A DNA stretch of 64,000 nucleotides from an uncultured Prolixibacteraceae bacterium. Its GTDB lineage: Bacteria > Bacteroidota > Bacteroidia > Bacteroidales > FEN-979. Positions within the stretch are counted from its first letter, which is position 1; each line of letters starts with the position of its first letter. The notes under the pieces are model-generated. The model searched no databases, had not been told where the DNA came from, and worked only from the letters and a program-made list of their open reading frames with translations. Shown here piece after piece: positions 26,764 through 35,519 of the stretch. The translations under genes were made by a program, and so were the position numbers. The DNA is taken from positions 67,819-131,818 of the forward strand of contig CAYUZX010000001.1 of NCBI GenBank assembly GCA_964449285.1. The letters are read 5' to 3'.

Positions 26764-28605
26764 TTAAACCATTACAGTGATAGCATCGAATTTACAGGCC
26801 TCTTCGCATGCACCACAGCCGATACATTTATCCTCTATGATGAAGTGGGGCGTTTTTTTCGAGCCAACAATGGCATTCACCGGGCATTTTCGGGTGCACA
26901 CTGTGCATCCGGTGCATTTATTCACATCAATAGTAAACGTCCTCAGCGAGGTGCAGACTCCGGCAGGGCATTTCCGTTCGAAGATATGACTCTCATATTC
27001 ATGCCTAAACCACTTTAACGTACTCAACACCGGGTTAGGGGCAGAGTGCCCCAGGCCGCATAGTGAAGTGTCTTTGATTACTGCACTCAACTTCTCCAAT
27101 TGCATGATCCCCTTGAACCGTTTAAGAGCATCATATCGCTCTCCCTGTGCTGGTTTCCGGGTGATACTTTCAAGGATCTCCAGCATCCTTCGTGTTCCTT
27201 CCCGGCAGGGGATGCATTTGCCGCAACTCTCACGCTGGATAAAGTCCATGAAAAATTTGGCTATATCCACCATGCAAGTCTCTTCATCCATCACCACCAG
27301 ACCTCCCGAGCCCATCATGGCACCTACCGATATCAGGGAATCGTAATCCACTTCAATACCAAGGTTGGCTTCTGTAATGCATCCTCCGGAGGGTCCACCG
27401 ATTTGCACCGCTTTGAATGCTTTATTGTTCCTGATCCCTCCTGCCATATCGAAGATGATTTCGCGGAGGGTGGTTCCCATAGGAATTTCGATAAGCCCTG
27501 TTTGGGAGACTTTTCCTGATAATGCAAATACTTTGGTCCCTTTACTTCGGGCGGTGCCGATAGATGCAAACCAAGAAGCTCCTTTTTCTATGATGGTTGG
27601 AATGTTTGCCAGTGTTTCGACGTTATTGATGACTGTTGGTTTCCCGAACAACCCACTTTCCGAAGGGTAAGGAGGGCGAGGTTTAGGCATTCCCCGTTTC
27701 CCTTCAATACTCTCGAGCAGGGCAGTCTCTTCTCCGCATACAAATGCTCCGGCACCCATCTTGATATGGATCTCAAAGCTGAAATCTGAGCCAAAGATTT
27801 GAGACCCCAGAAAGCCGGCTTCCTTGCTTTGTTCAAGTGCAATCCGCAACCGGGCGATAGCCAATGGATATTCGGCACGGATGTAAACATACGCTTTACT
27901 TGCTCCGATGGCATACCCTGCAATAGCCATGCCTTCGATGAGCCGGTGCGGATCCCCTTCAATCACAGCGCGATCCATAAATGCACCCGGATCCCCTTCA
28001 TCAGCATTGCAAACCAGGTATTTCTGGTCTGCATACTCCCCGGCAGCAAGTTTCCATTTCTTTCCTGTTGGGAATCCACCACCTCCACGCCCCCTGAGTC
28101 CGCTTTGTTCAATTAAATCACATACCTCTTCAGGGGAAAATTCGCGGAGAGACTTTAACAGCGAATCGTATCCACCTGTATTTTGGTAGTCCTGAATACT
28201 GACAGGGTTGATGATCCCACAATTTTTAAGGACCAATCGTTGCTGTTTTGCAAAAAAAGGCAAGTCGTCCATGAAGACTACACCTTCCCAGGCTTTCATC
28301 CCTTCCTCCCTGAATTGTCCCAGAACATTTGAAGTGGGGAGTTTTCCTGTCAATACCTCATCCAGAATATCATTAACTCTATTGCTTGACACCTGTTGGA
28401 GACATAATCTGGTACGCCCTGGAAGGTGGATATCCATCAGGGGCTCTGACGAGCATAACCCGATGCATCCAACTTCAATGAGGTTTGCCTGGATGCAATG
28501 GCTCTCCAGGTATTCATTTACGCTGAGCAGGATAGCTCCTGCGCCGGCTCCTTGTCCGCAGGTGCCCGACCCTATGTAAATGTTAGGAAGCTTCTCTGTA
28601 TTCAT
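26764..28605 (-). CDS. hydB: NuoF-like flavoprotein subunit, HydB
   Basis: N-terminal thioredoxin-like Cys domain, GRGGGGFPTGKKW (FMN), ESCGKCIPCREG (N3 cluster) and a C-terminal 2x[4Fe-4S]. Confidence 0.9.
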   Translation of the reverse strand: MNTEKLPNIYIGSGTCGQGAGAGAILLSVNEYLESHCIQANLIEVGCIGLCSSEPLMDIHLPGRTRLCLQQVSSNRVNDILDEVLTGKLPTSNVLGQFREEGMKAWEGVVFMDDLPFFAKQQRLVLKNCGIINPVSIQDYQNTGGYDSLLKSLREFSPEEVCDLIEQSGLRGRGGGGFPTGKKWKLAAGEYADQKYLVCNADEGDPGAFMDRAVIEGDPHRLIEGMAIAGYAIGASKAYVYIRAEYPLAIARLRIALEQSKEAGFLGSQIFGSDFSFEIHIKMGAGAFVCGEETALLESIEGKRGMPKPRPPYPSESGLFGKPTVINNVETLANIPTIIEKGASWFASIGTARSKGTKVFALSGKVSQTGLIEIPMGTTLREIIFDMAGGIRNNKAFKAVQIGGPSGGCITEANLGIEVDYDSLISVGAMMGSGGLVVMDEETCMVDIAKFFMDFIQRESCGKCIPCREGTRRMLEILESITRKPAQGERYDALKRFKGIMQLEKLSAVIKDTSLCGLGHSAPNPVLSTLKWFRHEYESHIFERKCPAGVCTSLRTFTIDVNKCTGCTVCTRKCPVNAIVGSKKTPHFIIEDKCIGCGACEEACKFDAITVMV

Positions 28606-29044
28606 TTATAATTTTCTTTAACGTATCAACCGTAACTTTTGCATGGAATATCTTGTTGACACAAATTACAGGCGCTAACCCGCAGGCGCCAATGCATGCA
28701 ACAACTTCAATACTGAAGAGACCGTCGCGTGTGGTTTGACCTGCCTTAATCTTTAGGTCTTTCTCCAGGGATTCCAACACTGTTGCGGATCCCAGGACAT
28801 GACAAGCAGTGCCTCTACAAACCTGAATATGGTATTTGCCCTGCGGCTCAAACCTGAACTGGTTGTAAAATGTTGCTACGCCATAGATGCGGCTTGTTGG
28901 CACATGCAGGTGCTTCCCCACTTTAACAATAGAATCTTCAGAGAGATATCCGGTGCGACCCTGTATCTCCTGAAGGATTGGGATCAGGCTCTCTTTGCCG
29001 GCATTGGCGTAGGTGGACAGAATCTCCTCATCAGCAGTTTTCAT
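28583..29044 (-). CDS. hydC: NuoE-like [2Fe-2S] subunit, HydC
   Basis: VCRGTACHV ... VACIGACGLAP pattern. 23-nt overlap with hydB. Confidence 0.9.
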   Translation of the reverse strand: MKTADEEILSTYANAGKESLIPILQEIQGRTGYLSEDSIVKVGKHLHVPTSRIYGVATFYNQFRFEPQGKYHIQVCRGTACHVLGSATVLESLEKDLKIKAGQTTRDGLFSIEVVACIGACGLAPVICVNKIFHAKVTVDTLKKIINEYREAS

Positions 29045-29071
29045 TTGATCCGATTTAGATATGTTTCAGAA

Positions 29072-29572
29072 TCAGGCTTTCAGAAGTTTTGCAATGACTG
29101 GAAGGAGGTTATTGGAATCAACTGGTTTTCTTACAAATCCCTTTACAGGAACCCAGATACTGGTACCCTCTTCCGATAAATAATCTACTCCTGCTTCCCC
29201 TTTCAGGATGTCCTTGACCAAAAGCACCTGTAACTCTTTGTATTTTCTGTCTTTCCTAAACTCTTTGGCCATCTGTTCGACGCTCAGATTGGTGGTTGTG
29301 AGTACGTCGATGGAGGTTTGCATAACGATTGACATAGAGCTTAATTCAGGCGATTCGCTGAATGCTTTTGCCAACTCAAACCCTTCATAATGGGTAGTCA
29401 TCATCACATCGAGGATGGCTAAATCGGGTTTGACATTGTTGGCAATTTCCAGTGCTTCAGTTTTATTGTAAGCAGGATAGACAACGTATCCTTCGTGTTC
29501 AAGGATGGTTTTTAGTACATTGATAACATCACTGTCATCATCGACAATCAGAATTTTTGATTTTGTTTCCAT
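29072..29572 (-). CDS. Response-regulator receiver with an insertion of about 45 aa between beta4 and beta5; first gene of the hyd operon
   Basis: METKSKILIVDDDSD, DLAILDVMM, VMQTS, then 64 residues (about 20 expected) before VRKP. ATG at 29572 is preferred because the track start at 29608 abuts the -7 box. Confidence 0.75.
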   Translation of the reverse strand: METKSKILIVDDDSDVINVLKTILEHEGYVVYPAYNKTEALEIANNVKPDLAILDVMMTTHYEGFELAKAFSESPELSSMSIVMQTSIDVLTTTNLSVEQMAKEFRKDRKYKELQVLLVKDILKGEAGVDYLSEEGTSIWVPVKGFVRKPVDSNNLLPVIAKLLKA

Positions 29573-29612
29573 GACTTTGTGTACAATTATTATTGTTAAT
29601 AAATTCACAAAG

Positions 29613-29643
29613 CAAAAGTATATCCGGATAATACCCTATACAA
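29613..29643 (-). promoter_or_regulatory. hyd operon promoter: TTG (29643-29641), 20-nt spacer, TACTTTTG (29620-29613)
   Basis: Read on the minus strand; 40 nt upstream of the ATG at 29572. Confidence 0.5.
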
Positions 29644-29689
29644 GGGTAAAACCTGCAGCAGAGGTGCCAGGTAAAAACACCTGTATTGA

Positions 29690-29730
29690 GATGTTAACAT
29701 CAAGATAATCAGTAACAAACAAGCTTGATG
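29690..29730. promoter_or_regulatory. Candidate operator: 12-bp perfect palindrome GATGTTAACATC (29690-29701) overlapping inverted repeat CATCAAG (29698-29704) / CTTGATG (29724-29730)
   Basis: Read directly. Lies about 50-90 nt upstream of the -33 element of the hyd promoter. Confidence 0.4.
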
Positions 29731-29781
29731 TGAAGAAAGGAAGGTTCTCAATTTTTTTTACGATTAAATCGTATTAGATTG

Positions 29782-29841
29782 AGAGACTGTTAAATAAAAT
29801 GCATTTTTTTTAAAAAAAAATGATTAGAGAAGAGAGTCTCT
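29782..29841. promoter_or_regulatory. 60-bp imperfect palindrome centred on T8A9 (29804-29820) with outer arms agagact / agtctct
   Basis: Arms lie at 29782-29788 and 29835-29841. The symmetry centre falls exactly at the T/A junction 29811|29812. Confidence 0.5.
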
Positions 29842-29873
29842 TTCCCGAAGCAGGTATTTTCTGCAGGGTTAAA

Positions 29874-29887
29874 AAGCCTGGAGGCTT
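29874..29887 (-). terminator. Weak intrinsic terminator after the LuxR-type regulator (AAGCC-UCCA-GGCUU followed by UUUAA)
   Basis: 5-bp stem, 4-nt loop and a short U tract on the minus-strand transcript, 27 nt after the stop at 29914. Confidence 0.35.
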
Positions 29888-29913
29888 AACAAAAGGAGGG
29901 GGTATAAACAGTA

Positions 29914-30555
29914 TCAGGTCTTGATTAACCCATTTTTTATTGCATACATTACCAGGTGTGGAGCATTTTTTGCCCCTGTTTTTTCGAATAAGTGTGCTCT
30001 ATGCCCATCAATAGTCCGTTGACTCAGGCCAAGGTGTTTTGAAATTTCGGCATTCGATTGCCCTTTGCATATCAGTTCAAGAATTTCCTTTTCGCGGGAA
30101 GTTAAAACGATTTCCGGTTGTTTGCGTTGTTGCAGAACAGGTTGTTTCTGCATTCCACTCATGAACTCCTCCGAAAAGTAGTGTTCATCACATACTACAG
30201 CAAAGATGGCTTTCTCCAGTTCGTCCTGGGTGGTTTTTTTAAGAAGGAAACCGGTGGCTCCCACCTCTATCATTTTATTGAAATAGCTGATTTCTTCATG
30301 CATTGTAAGTGCAATAATTCGAATATCCGGATATTGGACCACTATTTTCCGTGTTGCCTCGATGCCATCCATCTTTGGCATCTTGATATCCATCAGAATT
30401 ACGTCGGCAGGTGTTTTCTTGAGTAAGTCCAGTAGTTCATAACCGTTTGCTGCTTCTCCAACCACTTTGATTTGATTAATCTCGTTTAGGATGGTAAAGA
30501 GTCCTTTCCTGAAAATGACATGATCGTCGGCAATGATGACTTTAATGATATCCAT
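29914..30555 (-). CDS. NarL/LuxR-family response regulator
   Basis: REC (IIADDHVIFR, DVILMDIKMP) plus a C-terminal HTH (LTSREKEILELICKGQSNAEISKHLGLSQRTIDGHR). Confidence 0.9.
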   Translation of the reverse strand: MDIIKVIIADDHVIFRKGLFTILNEINQIKVVGEAANGYELLDLLKKTPADVILMDIKMPKMDGIEATRKIVVQYPDIRIIALTMHEEISYFNKMIEVGATGFLLKKTTQDELEKAIFAVVCDEHYFSEEFMSGMQKQPVLQQRKQPEIVLTSREKEILELICKGQSNAEISKHLGLSQRTIDGHRAHLFEKTGAKNAPHLVMYAIKNGLIKT

Positions 30556-30565
30556 AATCGTTGAT

Positions 30566-32668
30566 CTATTCGTTCTTTAATTTCACGGAGATGGTCATGA
30601 ACATCCCTTTACCTCTGGTTGTATTCAGGTCACAGGTACCGTTGATGGTCTTGACTTTATTTAATATATTGTATAGTCCCAGTCCCGACCGGTTCTTCAT
30701 CGCGGCATCCTGATCAAAACCGGTTCCATCATCCCGGTAATAGAAGATGATTTGGCTGTCAATACTCTTCAGATCAATGAGCACGTTTTTGGCTTGTGCA
30801 TGACGCAACGTGTTGTTGATAAGCTCTTTGGTAACCTGAAACAGGATCGACTCCTCAATACCCCGTTTTGCAATCGTATATTGTTCGGTGCGTAAATCAA
30901 TTTTAATTGATTTAGCTTCGTTGATGAAGCTGCAAAACTCGGTGATCGCTGCAGCCAATCCAAAATCCTGGAGAACGTTGGGGCGGATCCTGTTGGATAT
31001 TTCACGGCTGGTTCTGATTGCTATATCGATCAGTTCATTGATATTTTCAACGGTCTCCCCTTTGTCTATATTTTTATGATCTCCTCGCTTGAGGACATCA
31101 GTATAGAGCTTGATGGTTGAGAGAATGGGACCGAGATCGTCGTGGAGATCGGCGGCAAACCGCTGTCGTTCGCTTTCTTCCGTAGAGATAATCGCTTTCA
31201 GGATACGTTCCTCCACCTCTTTCCTTTCAGTGATATCGCGTGCAATACTTAAAATACGTTTTTCTCCATTGTACTCAATTACCCTGCTTTTCATCTCTAT
31301 CGGGATCACATTCCCTGCTCTGGAAACATTCTCCGTTTCGTAGCGATACTGGCCAAAATGTTTGATCATATCCAGATTTTTCTGTACATCCCGGCGATAT
31401 TTTTCGGATCTCAGTTCACGGAAATGTTTGCCGATGAGCTCTTCGCGGGAATAGCCCAGGTTGTCGCAGCTCACCTGATTCACTTCAAGGATGAATCCAT
31501 CAAAGTCACCGATAAATATCTCATCGCTGGAGCTGTTGAAGATGGTTCGGAATTGCTCTTCCGATCGTTCAAGCGCCTCCCTGATGGAGGCAAGCTGTTT
31601 ATCGGTCCGCTCAATTTGCAGGAGGTATTTATAGAGATTTTTCTTCGTGAGGATATAGATAAACAATGAAAACAGGATAATGGTGATCACCGCAATGATT
31701 AGAGCATTTCGAATAATCGTTGTCGTAAGCTGACGGGACTCATTTGTAGGGTCGATGGCCGCACAGATATATAATTTGAAGTCAGGAAAATATTCAAACG
31801 CGACCTTTTTTTTCTGTTCATCCTCCGGAAACAAAATAGTTACCAACCCGGATTGTTTCCCCTGGACCTGCTGGAGAAGATCGGATGGGATTTGTTCTCC
31901 CTGGAGCTGCGGGTGAATGACGAGTGTACCAGTTTCGTTGAATGCAAACACATATCCAGTCTTGCCTATTATCACGTTGTTGAGGATTGTCCTCAACTCG
32001 CCCAGGTCCTTCTCCAGATCGCCCATATAGAGCATCCCAACCACTGCTCCATTCCAGAAAATCGGCTCGTAGGTGGTGACGTACCAGTCATTGACAACAA
32101 AGGCCCGTCCAAAATATGTTTTACCCTGTTTCACAGTTTGAATGACAGGCGAGTCGTTCGGGATGAACGTCCATGCAGCCCTTTTTCCGCTATCATTCAA
32201 CACGTTGGTCGAAATTCGGACAAACCCGCTGTCAATTTTCTGGAATATGGTTGTCGTGCCACCGACCAGCCAATGAATACGATCAACAAAAGAGGAGTCC
32301 CCATTTAACAGGATGCCATCGAGGTACCATAGATTCAATTCTTCTGATTGAGTGCCATGCGTGATCTGGTTGGTGACCTCTACGCTGGTTTTGTGTGATG
32401 ATATCCTCAAATTATTACTATAGAAAAGCGAATGAAGAACGTTCAGATCTCGTGATACTTTATCGAGTTTAAGGCTCCTTTCCCGTTCGAACATCCTGGC
32501 TATGGTACTGACCTCAATTCGAAGATTGTTATCAATGATCCGCTGAATTTCACGTTTCGACATCCGGATACTGACCCAGGTTAGAATCGATACCGCGATT
32601 ATGATTCCCAGTAAAACGGGGGAGAAGAGTTTCAGTTTAACCAACAATCCGACAAAACGGCCGTGCAT
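30566..32668 (-). CDS. Sensor histidine kinase (TM, Cache-like periplasmic domain, TM, PAS, HisKA_3, HATPase_c)
   Basis: Two TM segments flank about 300 aa. PAS ([16 protein letters not shown]), HisKA_3 H-box (AADLHDDLGPILS) and a C-terminal ATPase. Confidence 0.85.
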   Translation of the reverse strand: MHGRFVGLLVKLKLFSPVLLGIIIAVSILTWVSIRMSKREIQRIIDNNLRIEVSTIARMFERERSLKLDKVSRDLNVLHSLFYSNNLRISSHKTSVEVTNQITHGTQSEELNLWYLDGILLNGDSSFVDRIHWLVGGTTTIFQKIDSGFVRISTNVLNDSGKRAAWTFIPNDSPVIQTVKQGKTYFGRAFVVNDWYVTTYEPIFWNGAVVGMLYMGDLEKDLGELRTILNNVIIGKTGYVFAFNETGTLVIHPQLQGEQIPSDLLQQVQGKQSGLVTILFPEDEQKKKVAFEYFPDFKLYICAAIDPTNESRQLTTTIIRNALIIAVITIILFSLFIYILTKKNLYKYLLQIERTDKQLASIREALERSEEQFRTIFNSSSDEIFIGDFDGFILEVNQVSCDNLGYSREELIGKHFRELRSEKYRRDVQKNLDMIKHFGQYRYETENVSRAGNVIPIEMKSRVIEYNGEKRILSIARDITERKEVEERILKAIISTEESERQRFAADLHDDLGPILSTIKLYTDVLKRGDHKNIDKGETVENINELIDIAIRTSREISNRIRPNVLQDFGLAAAITEFCSFINEAKSIKIDLRTEQYTIAKRGIEESILFQVTKELINNTLRHAQAKNVLIDLKSIDSQIIFYYRDDGTGFDQDAAMKNRSGLGLYNILNKVKTINGTCDLNTTRGKGMFMTISVKLKNE

Positions 32669-32682
32669 GAAGTTCCTTTTTG

Positions 32683-32690
32683 CAAAGGTA
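32683..32690 (-). promoter_or_regulatory. -7 box TACCTTTG, 14 nt upstream of the kinase ATG at 32668
   Basis: The reverse complement of caaaggta matches TAnnTTTG. Confidence 0.4.
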
Positions 32691-32728
32691 TGGAAAGTTC
32701 GTATTTTCGCTAGCTAATCTTTCGGTTT

Positions 32729-34792
32729 ATGATTAACGAACAACTACTCAACCCCCGCAGCATTGTTGTCGTTGGAGGCTCAAACGACAAGGAGAAACCA
32801 GGTGGTGCGGTGCTCAGGAATTTGATCGAACAGAAATTCAGGGGAGATCTTTTTGTTATCAATCCAAAGGAGTCGGCTGTTCAGGGAATCCGCAGTTATC
32901 AGGACCCATCGCAATTGCCGAATGTAGACCTGGCAATTCTAGCTATTGCTGCAAAATATATCCCAGCAACGGTTAAGCTGCTTGCAAGGCTCAAAAATAC
33001 CAGAGCTTTTATCGTATTATCAGCGGGTTTCAGTGAAGAGAGTGAAGAAGGAAGGACTCTCGAACACGATCTGGTTGAAGCAGTAAATTCGGTGAATGGA
33101 GCTTTGATCGGTCCTAATTGCATTGGCGTGCTTACTCCCGACTATGCCGGTGTCTTTACAAAACCAATTCCTATTCTCGATCGTAGTGGCTGTGATTTCA
33201 TCTCCGGGTCGGGAGCAACCGCCTGTTTTATCATGGAGGCGGGAATCCCTATTGGCCTGACATTTTCCCGGGTATTTTCGGTCGGTAACAGTGCCCAAAT
33301 GGGGGTGGAGGAGGTCCTGAAATACATGGATGAGACGTATGATTCTGAGCTGAGTGCACGGACCAAATTGCTTTACATGGAGACCATCTCCAAGCCACGG
33401 ATGCTCCTGAGACATGCCTCCTCGTTGATTCGTAAAGGGTGCCGGATAGCCGCCATCAAAGCCGGCACTTCCGAAGCGGGAAGCCGTGCCGCCTCTTCCC
33501 ATACCGGCGCTCTGGCCAGTTCGGATGTAGCGGTGGAAGCACTATTCCGGAAAGCAGGCATCGTGAGATGTTATGGACGAGATGAATTGATCAATGTGGC
33601 ATCTATCTTTCAATACCCGGCATTGCAGGGTAAGAATATGGCAATCATCACTCATGCAGGAGGACCAGCTGTGATGCTCACGGATGCCCTTTCGATGGGA
33701 GAAATGGCAGTTCCGAGGATAGAAGGAGAGGCGGCAGATGAACTTTTGCATCAACTGTATCCTGGTTCGTCGGTAACCAACCCGATCGATTTCCTGGCAA
33801 CTGGAAATGCTGAACAGCTTGGAACTATCATTGATTTTGTTGAGAATCGGTTTGATAACATTGACGGGATGGCTGTGATTTTCGGAACTCCCGGACTCAC
33901 CCGCGTATTCAACGAGTATCGCGTGCTGGATAAGAAAATGAAACAATGCAAAAAACCAATCTTCCCTATCCTGCCTTCGATTCTCACTGCAGAAGAAGAG
34001 ATTGATGAATTTATAGGGAGGGGACATACCTATTTCCCGAAAGAGGTCCTCTTTGGGAATGCACTCTCGATGGTTATGCATACACCTCCTCCCTCCAACC
34101 TTGATCCTGATCTTCCCGAAGTTGATACGAAAGCCATCAGGAAAATTATTGATAGCACGCAACCAGGGTATATCTCTCCTAAAGAGATTCAGGGATTGCT
34201 CGATGCATGCTGGATTCCCAGGGCTGGCGAGACAGTGGTGGCCACAGCCGAAGATGCTAAATTGGCAGCGAATGAACTGGGCTTTCCTGTTGTGATGAAG
34301 GTGGTTGGGCCGGTCCATAAATCGGATGTTGGTGGGGTTGTATTGAATGTCACAACTGAAGAGAGGTTGCTGAACGAGTTTCACCGGATGATGCAAATCC
34401 CCTATACTACTGGCATTTTGTTCCAACCGATGCTCTCAGGAATAGAACTCTTTATTGGAGCCAAATACGAGACGGGCTTTGGGCATCTGATCCTCTGCGG
34501 GTTGGGTGGGATTTTTATCGAAGTGCTTAAGGACACCTCGGCAGGACTCTCGCCGCTTGACCAGGAGGAAGCCCTGGCGATGATCCGGCGCCTGAAAAGT
34601 TATAAAATAATCCAGGGCGTACGTGGCCAGAAAGGAGTCAACGAGTATAAGTTTGCCGAAATCATGTTAAGACTATCTTCCTTGCTTCAGGCTGCGCCCG
34701 AGATTGTCGAACTTGATTTCAATCCCTTGCTGGGAAACGGGGATTCGATTATAGTAGTTGATGCACGGATACGCATTGAACGAGGGAAGTAA
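32729..34792 (+). CDS. ADP-forming acetyl-CoA synthetase (fused alpha/beta; CoA-binding, succinyl-CoA-synthetase-like and ATP-grasp domains)
   Basis: N-terminal SIVVVGGSNDKEKPGG, ligase-CoA region with SHTGALAS (phosphohistidine loop) and a C-terminal ATP-grasp (GFPVVMKVVGPVHKSDVGGV). Confidence 0.85.
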   Translation: MINEQLLNPRSIVVVGGSNDKEKPGGAVLRNLIEQKFRGDLFVINPKESAVQGIRSYQDPSQLPNVDLAILAIAAKYIPATVKLLARLKNTRAFIVLSAGFSEESEEGRTLEHDLVEAVNSVNGALIGPNCIGVLTPDYAGVFTKPIPILDRSGCDFISGSGATACFIMEAGIPIGLTFSRVFSVGNSAQMGVEEVLKYMDETYDSELSARTKLLYMETISKPRMLLRHASSLIRKGCRIAAIKAGTSEAGSRAASSHTGALASSDVAVEALFRKAGIVRCYGRDELINVASIFQYPALQGKNMAIITHAGGPAVMLTDALSMGEMAVPRIEGEAADELLHQLYPGSSVTNPIDFLATGNAEQLGTIIDFVENRFDNIDGMAVIFGTPGLTRVFNEYRVLDKKMKQCKKPIFPILPSILTAEEEIDEFIGRGHTYFPKEVLFGNALSMVMHTPPPSNLDPDLPEVDTKAIRKIIDSTQPGYISPKEIQGLLDACWIPRAGETVVATAEDAKLAANELGFPVVMKVVGPVHKSDVGGVVLNVTTEERLLNEFHRMMQIPYTTGILFQPMLSGIELFIGAKYETGFGHLILCGLGGIFIEVLKDTSAGLSPLDQEEALAMIRRLKSYKIIQGVRGQKGVNEYKFAEIMLRLSSLLQAAPEIVELDFNPLLGNGDSIIVVDARIRIERGK

Positions 34793-34803
34793 GACGTGTG
34801 AGG

Positions 34804-34838
34804 AGGGAGAAGGGAGAAGGGAGAAGGGAGAAGGAAAT
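34804..34838. repeat. Heptamer array agggaga x4 perfect, then aggaaat
   Basis: Units at 34804, 34811, 34818, 34825 and 34832, preceded by the degenerate units cgaggga agtaaga cgtgtga (34781-34801). Confidence 0.9.
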
Positions 34839-34845
34839 GAAAACA

Positions 34846-34873
34846 ATCTGGCATCTGGCATCTCGCATCTGAT
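34846..34873. repeat. Heptamer array atctggc atctggc atctcgc atctgat
   Basis: Units at 34846, 34853, 34860 and 34867. Abuts the stop codon of the rhomboid gene (34873-34875). Confidence 0.85.
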
Positions 34874-35496
34874 CATATCGTTATCCCAAATCCAAGCTGG
34901 TTCAGGAAGGAGAGAACGATAGCTGGTTTTATGGCGATCGTAAATACAAGTCCGAATAAGGCTCCCCACAGATGGGCATCGTGCCCGATGTTGTCTTTTG
35001 CTCTCCGGCTCATCCAGTATTCATAGGCAACGTAGAGCATGCCAAATAGAATGGCTGGGATGCCGATTGGTATAAAGAAAAGGTAGATCTTCTGCAGGGG
35101 AGCGATGAGGATGCTGCTAAATAAAATCGCAGAGACTGCCCCTGAAGCGCCCACTGAACTGTAGAAAACATCGTTTTTATGTTTTCCGAATGAAGGGATG
35201 ACGGATAGTAATAGCGCTCCGATGTAGAGTAGTAGAAAATAGAGGATGTATTTGCTGCTGAAATAGTATTTGTACGCTTTTTCAACCATCCCTCCGAAAG
35301 AGTAGAAGACAAACATGTTGATAAAGAGATGAATCCAACCGGCGTGCAAAAAACCGTATGTAAAGAACCGATACCATTGTCCGCTGTGCTTGACATCATA
35401 AGCATTGAATTTACACTTGTTAAATAGAATGTCGTTGTTAAATCCAAGGATAGATAACAGTACGGTTACAGCAATAATAGCGATCGTAATTTCCAT
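34873..35496 (-). CDS. Rhomboid-family intramembrane serine protease
   Basis: Six TM segments, the catalytic motif GASGAVSA and a downstream AHLWGALFG histidine. Confidence 0.8.
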   Translation of the reverse strand: MEITIAIIAVTVLLSILGFNNDILFNKCKFNAYDVKHSGQWYRFFTYGFLHAGWIHLFINMFVFYSFGGMVEKAYKYYFSSKYILYFLLLYIGALLLSVIPSFGKHKNDVFYSSVGASGAVSAILFSSILIAPLQKIYLFFIPIGIPAILFGMLYVAYEYWMSRRAKDNIGHDAHLWGALFGLVFTIAIKPAIVLSFLNQLGFGITI

Positions 35497-35519
35497 AATA
35501 AATTCTAAATTTCAGACAG

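Noticed and set aside
23187-28579. Many 60-175-aa ORFs on the + strand across the hydrogenase genes
   Set aside because: All are antisense or out of frame relative to CDSs with diagnostic Fe-S, FMN and H-cluster motifs. They are low-complexity, Ser/Pro/Arg-rich translations typical of shadow frames.
28583-28605. 23-nt hydC/hydB overlap as a possible frameshift or fusion signal
   Set aside because: Both ORFs have complete, canonical termini. Short overlaps (4-23 nt) are frequent in this window (rlmB/rmuC, kup/dedA, the GT4/flippase cluster) and fit translational coupling.
33542-34426. 294-aa antisense ORF inside the acetyl-CoA synthetase gene
   Set aside because: It is long, but its composition is C/H/R/F/N-rich and it has no recognisable motif. 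The sense strand carries clear CoA-ligase and ATP-grasp motifs. Shadow ORFs are common in this window.
35010-35447. 145-aa same-strand alternative-frame ORF within the rhomboid gene
   Set aside because: The rhomboid frame carries the GASGA catalytic motif and TM pattern. The alternative frame is Ser/Thr-rich with no support.
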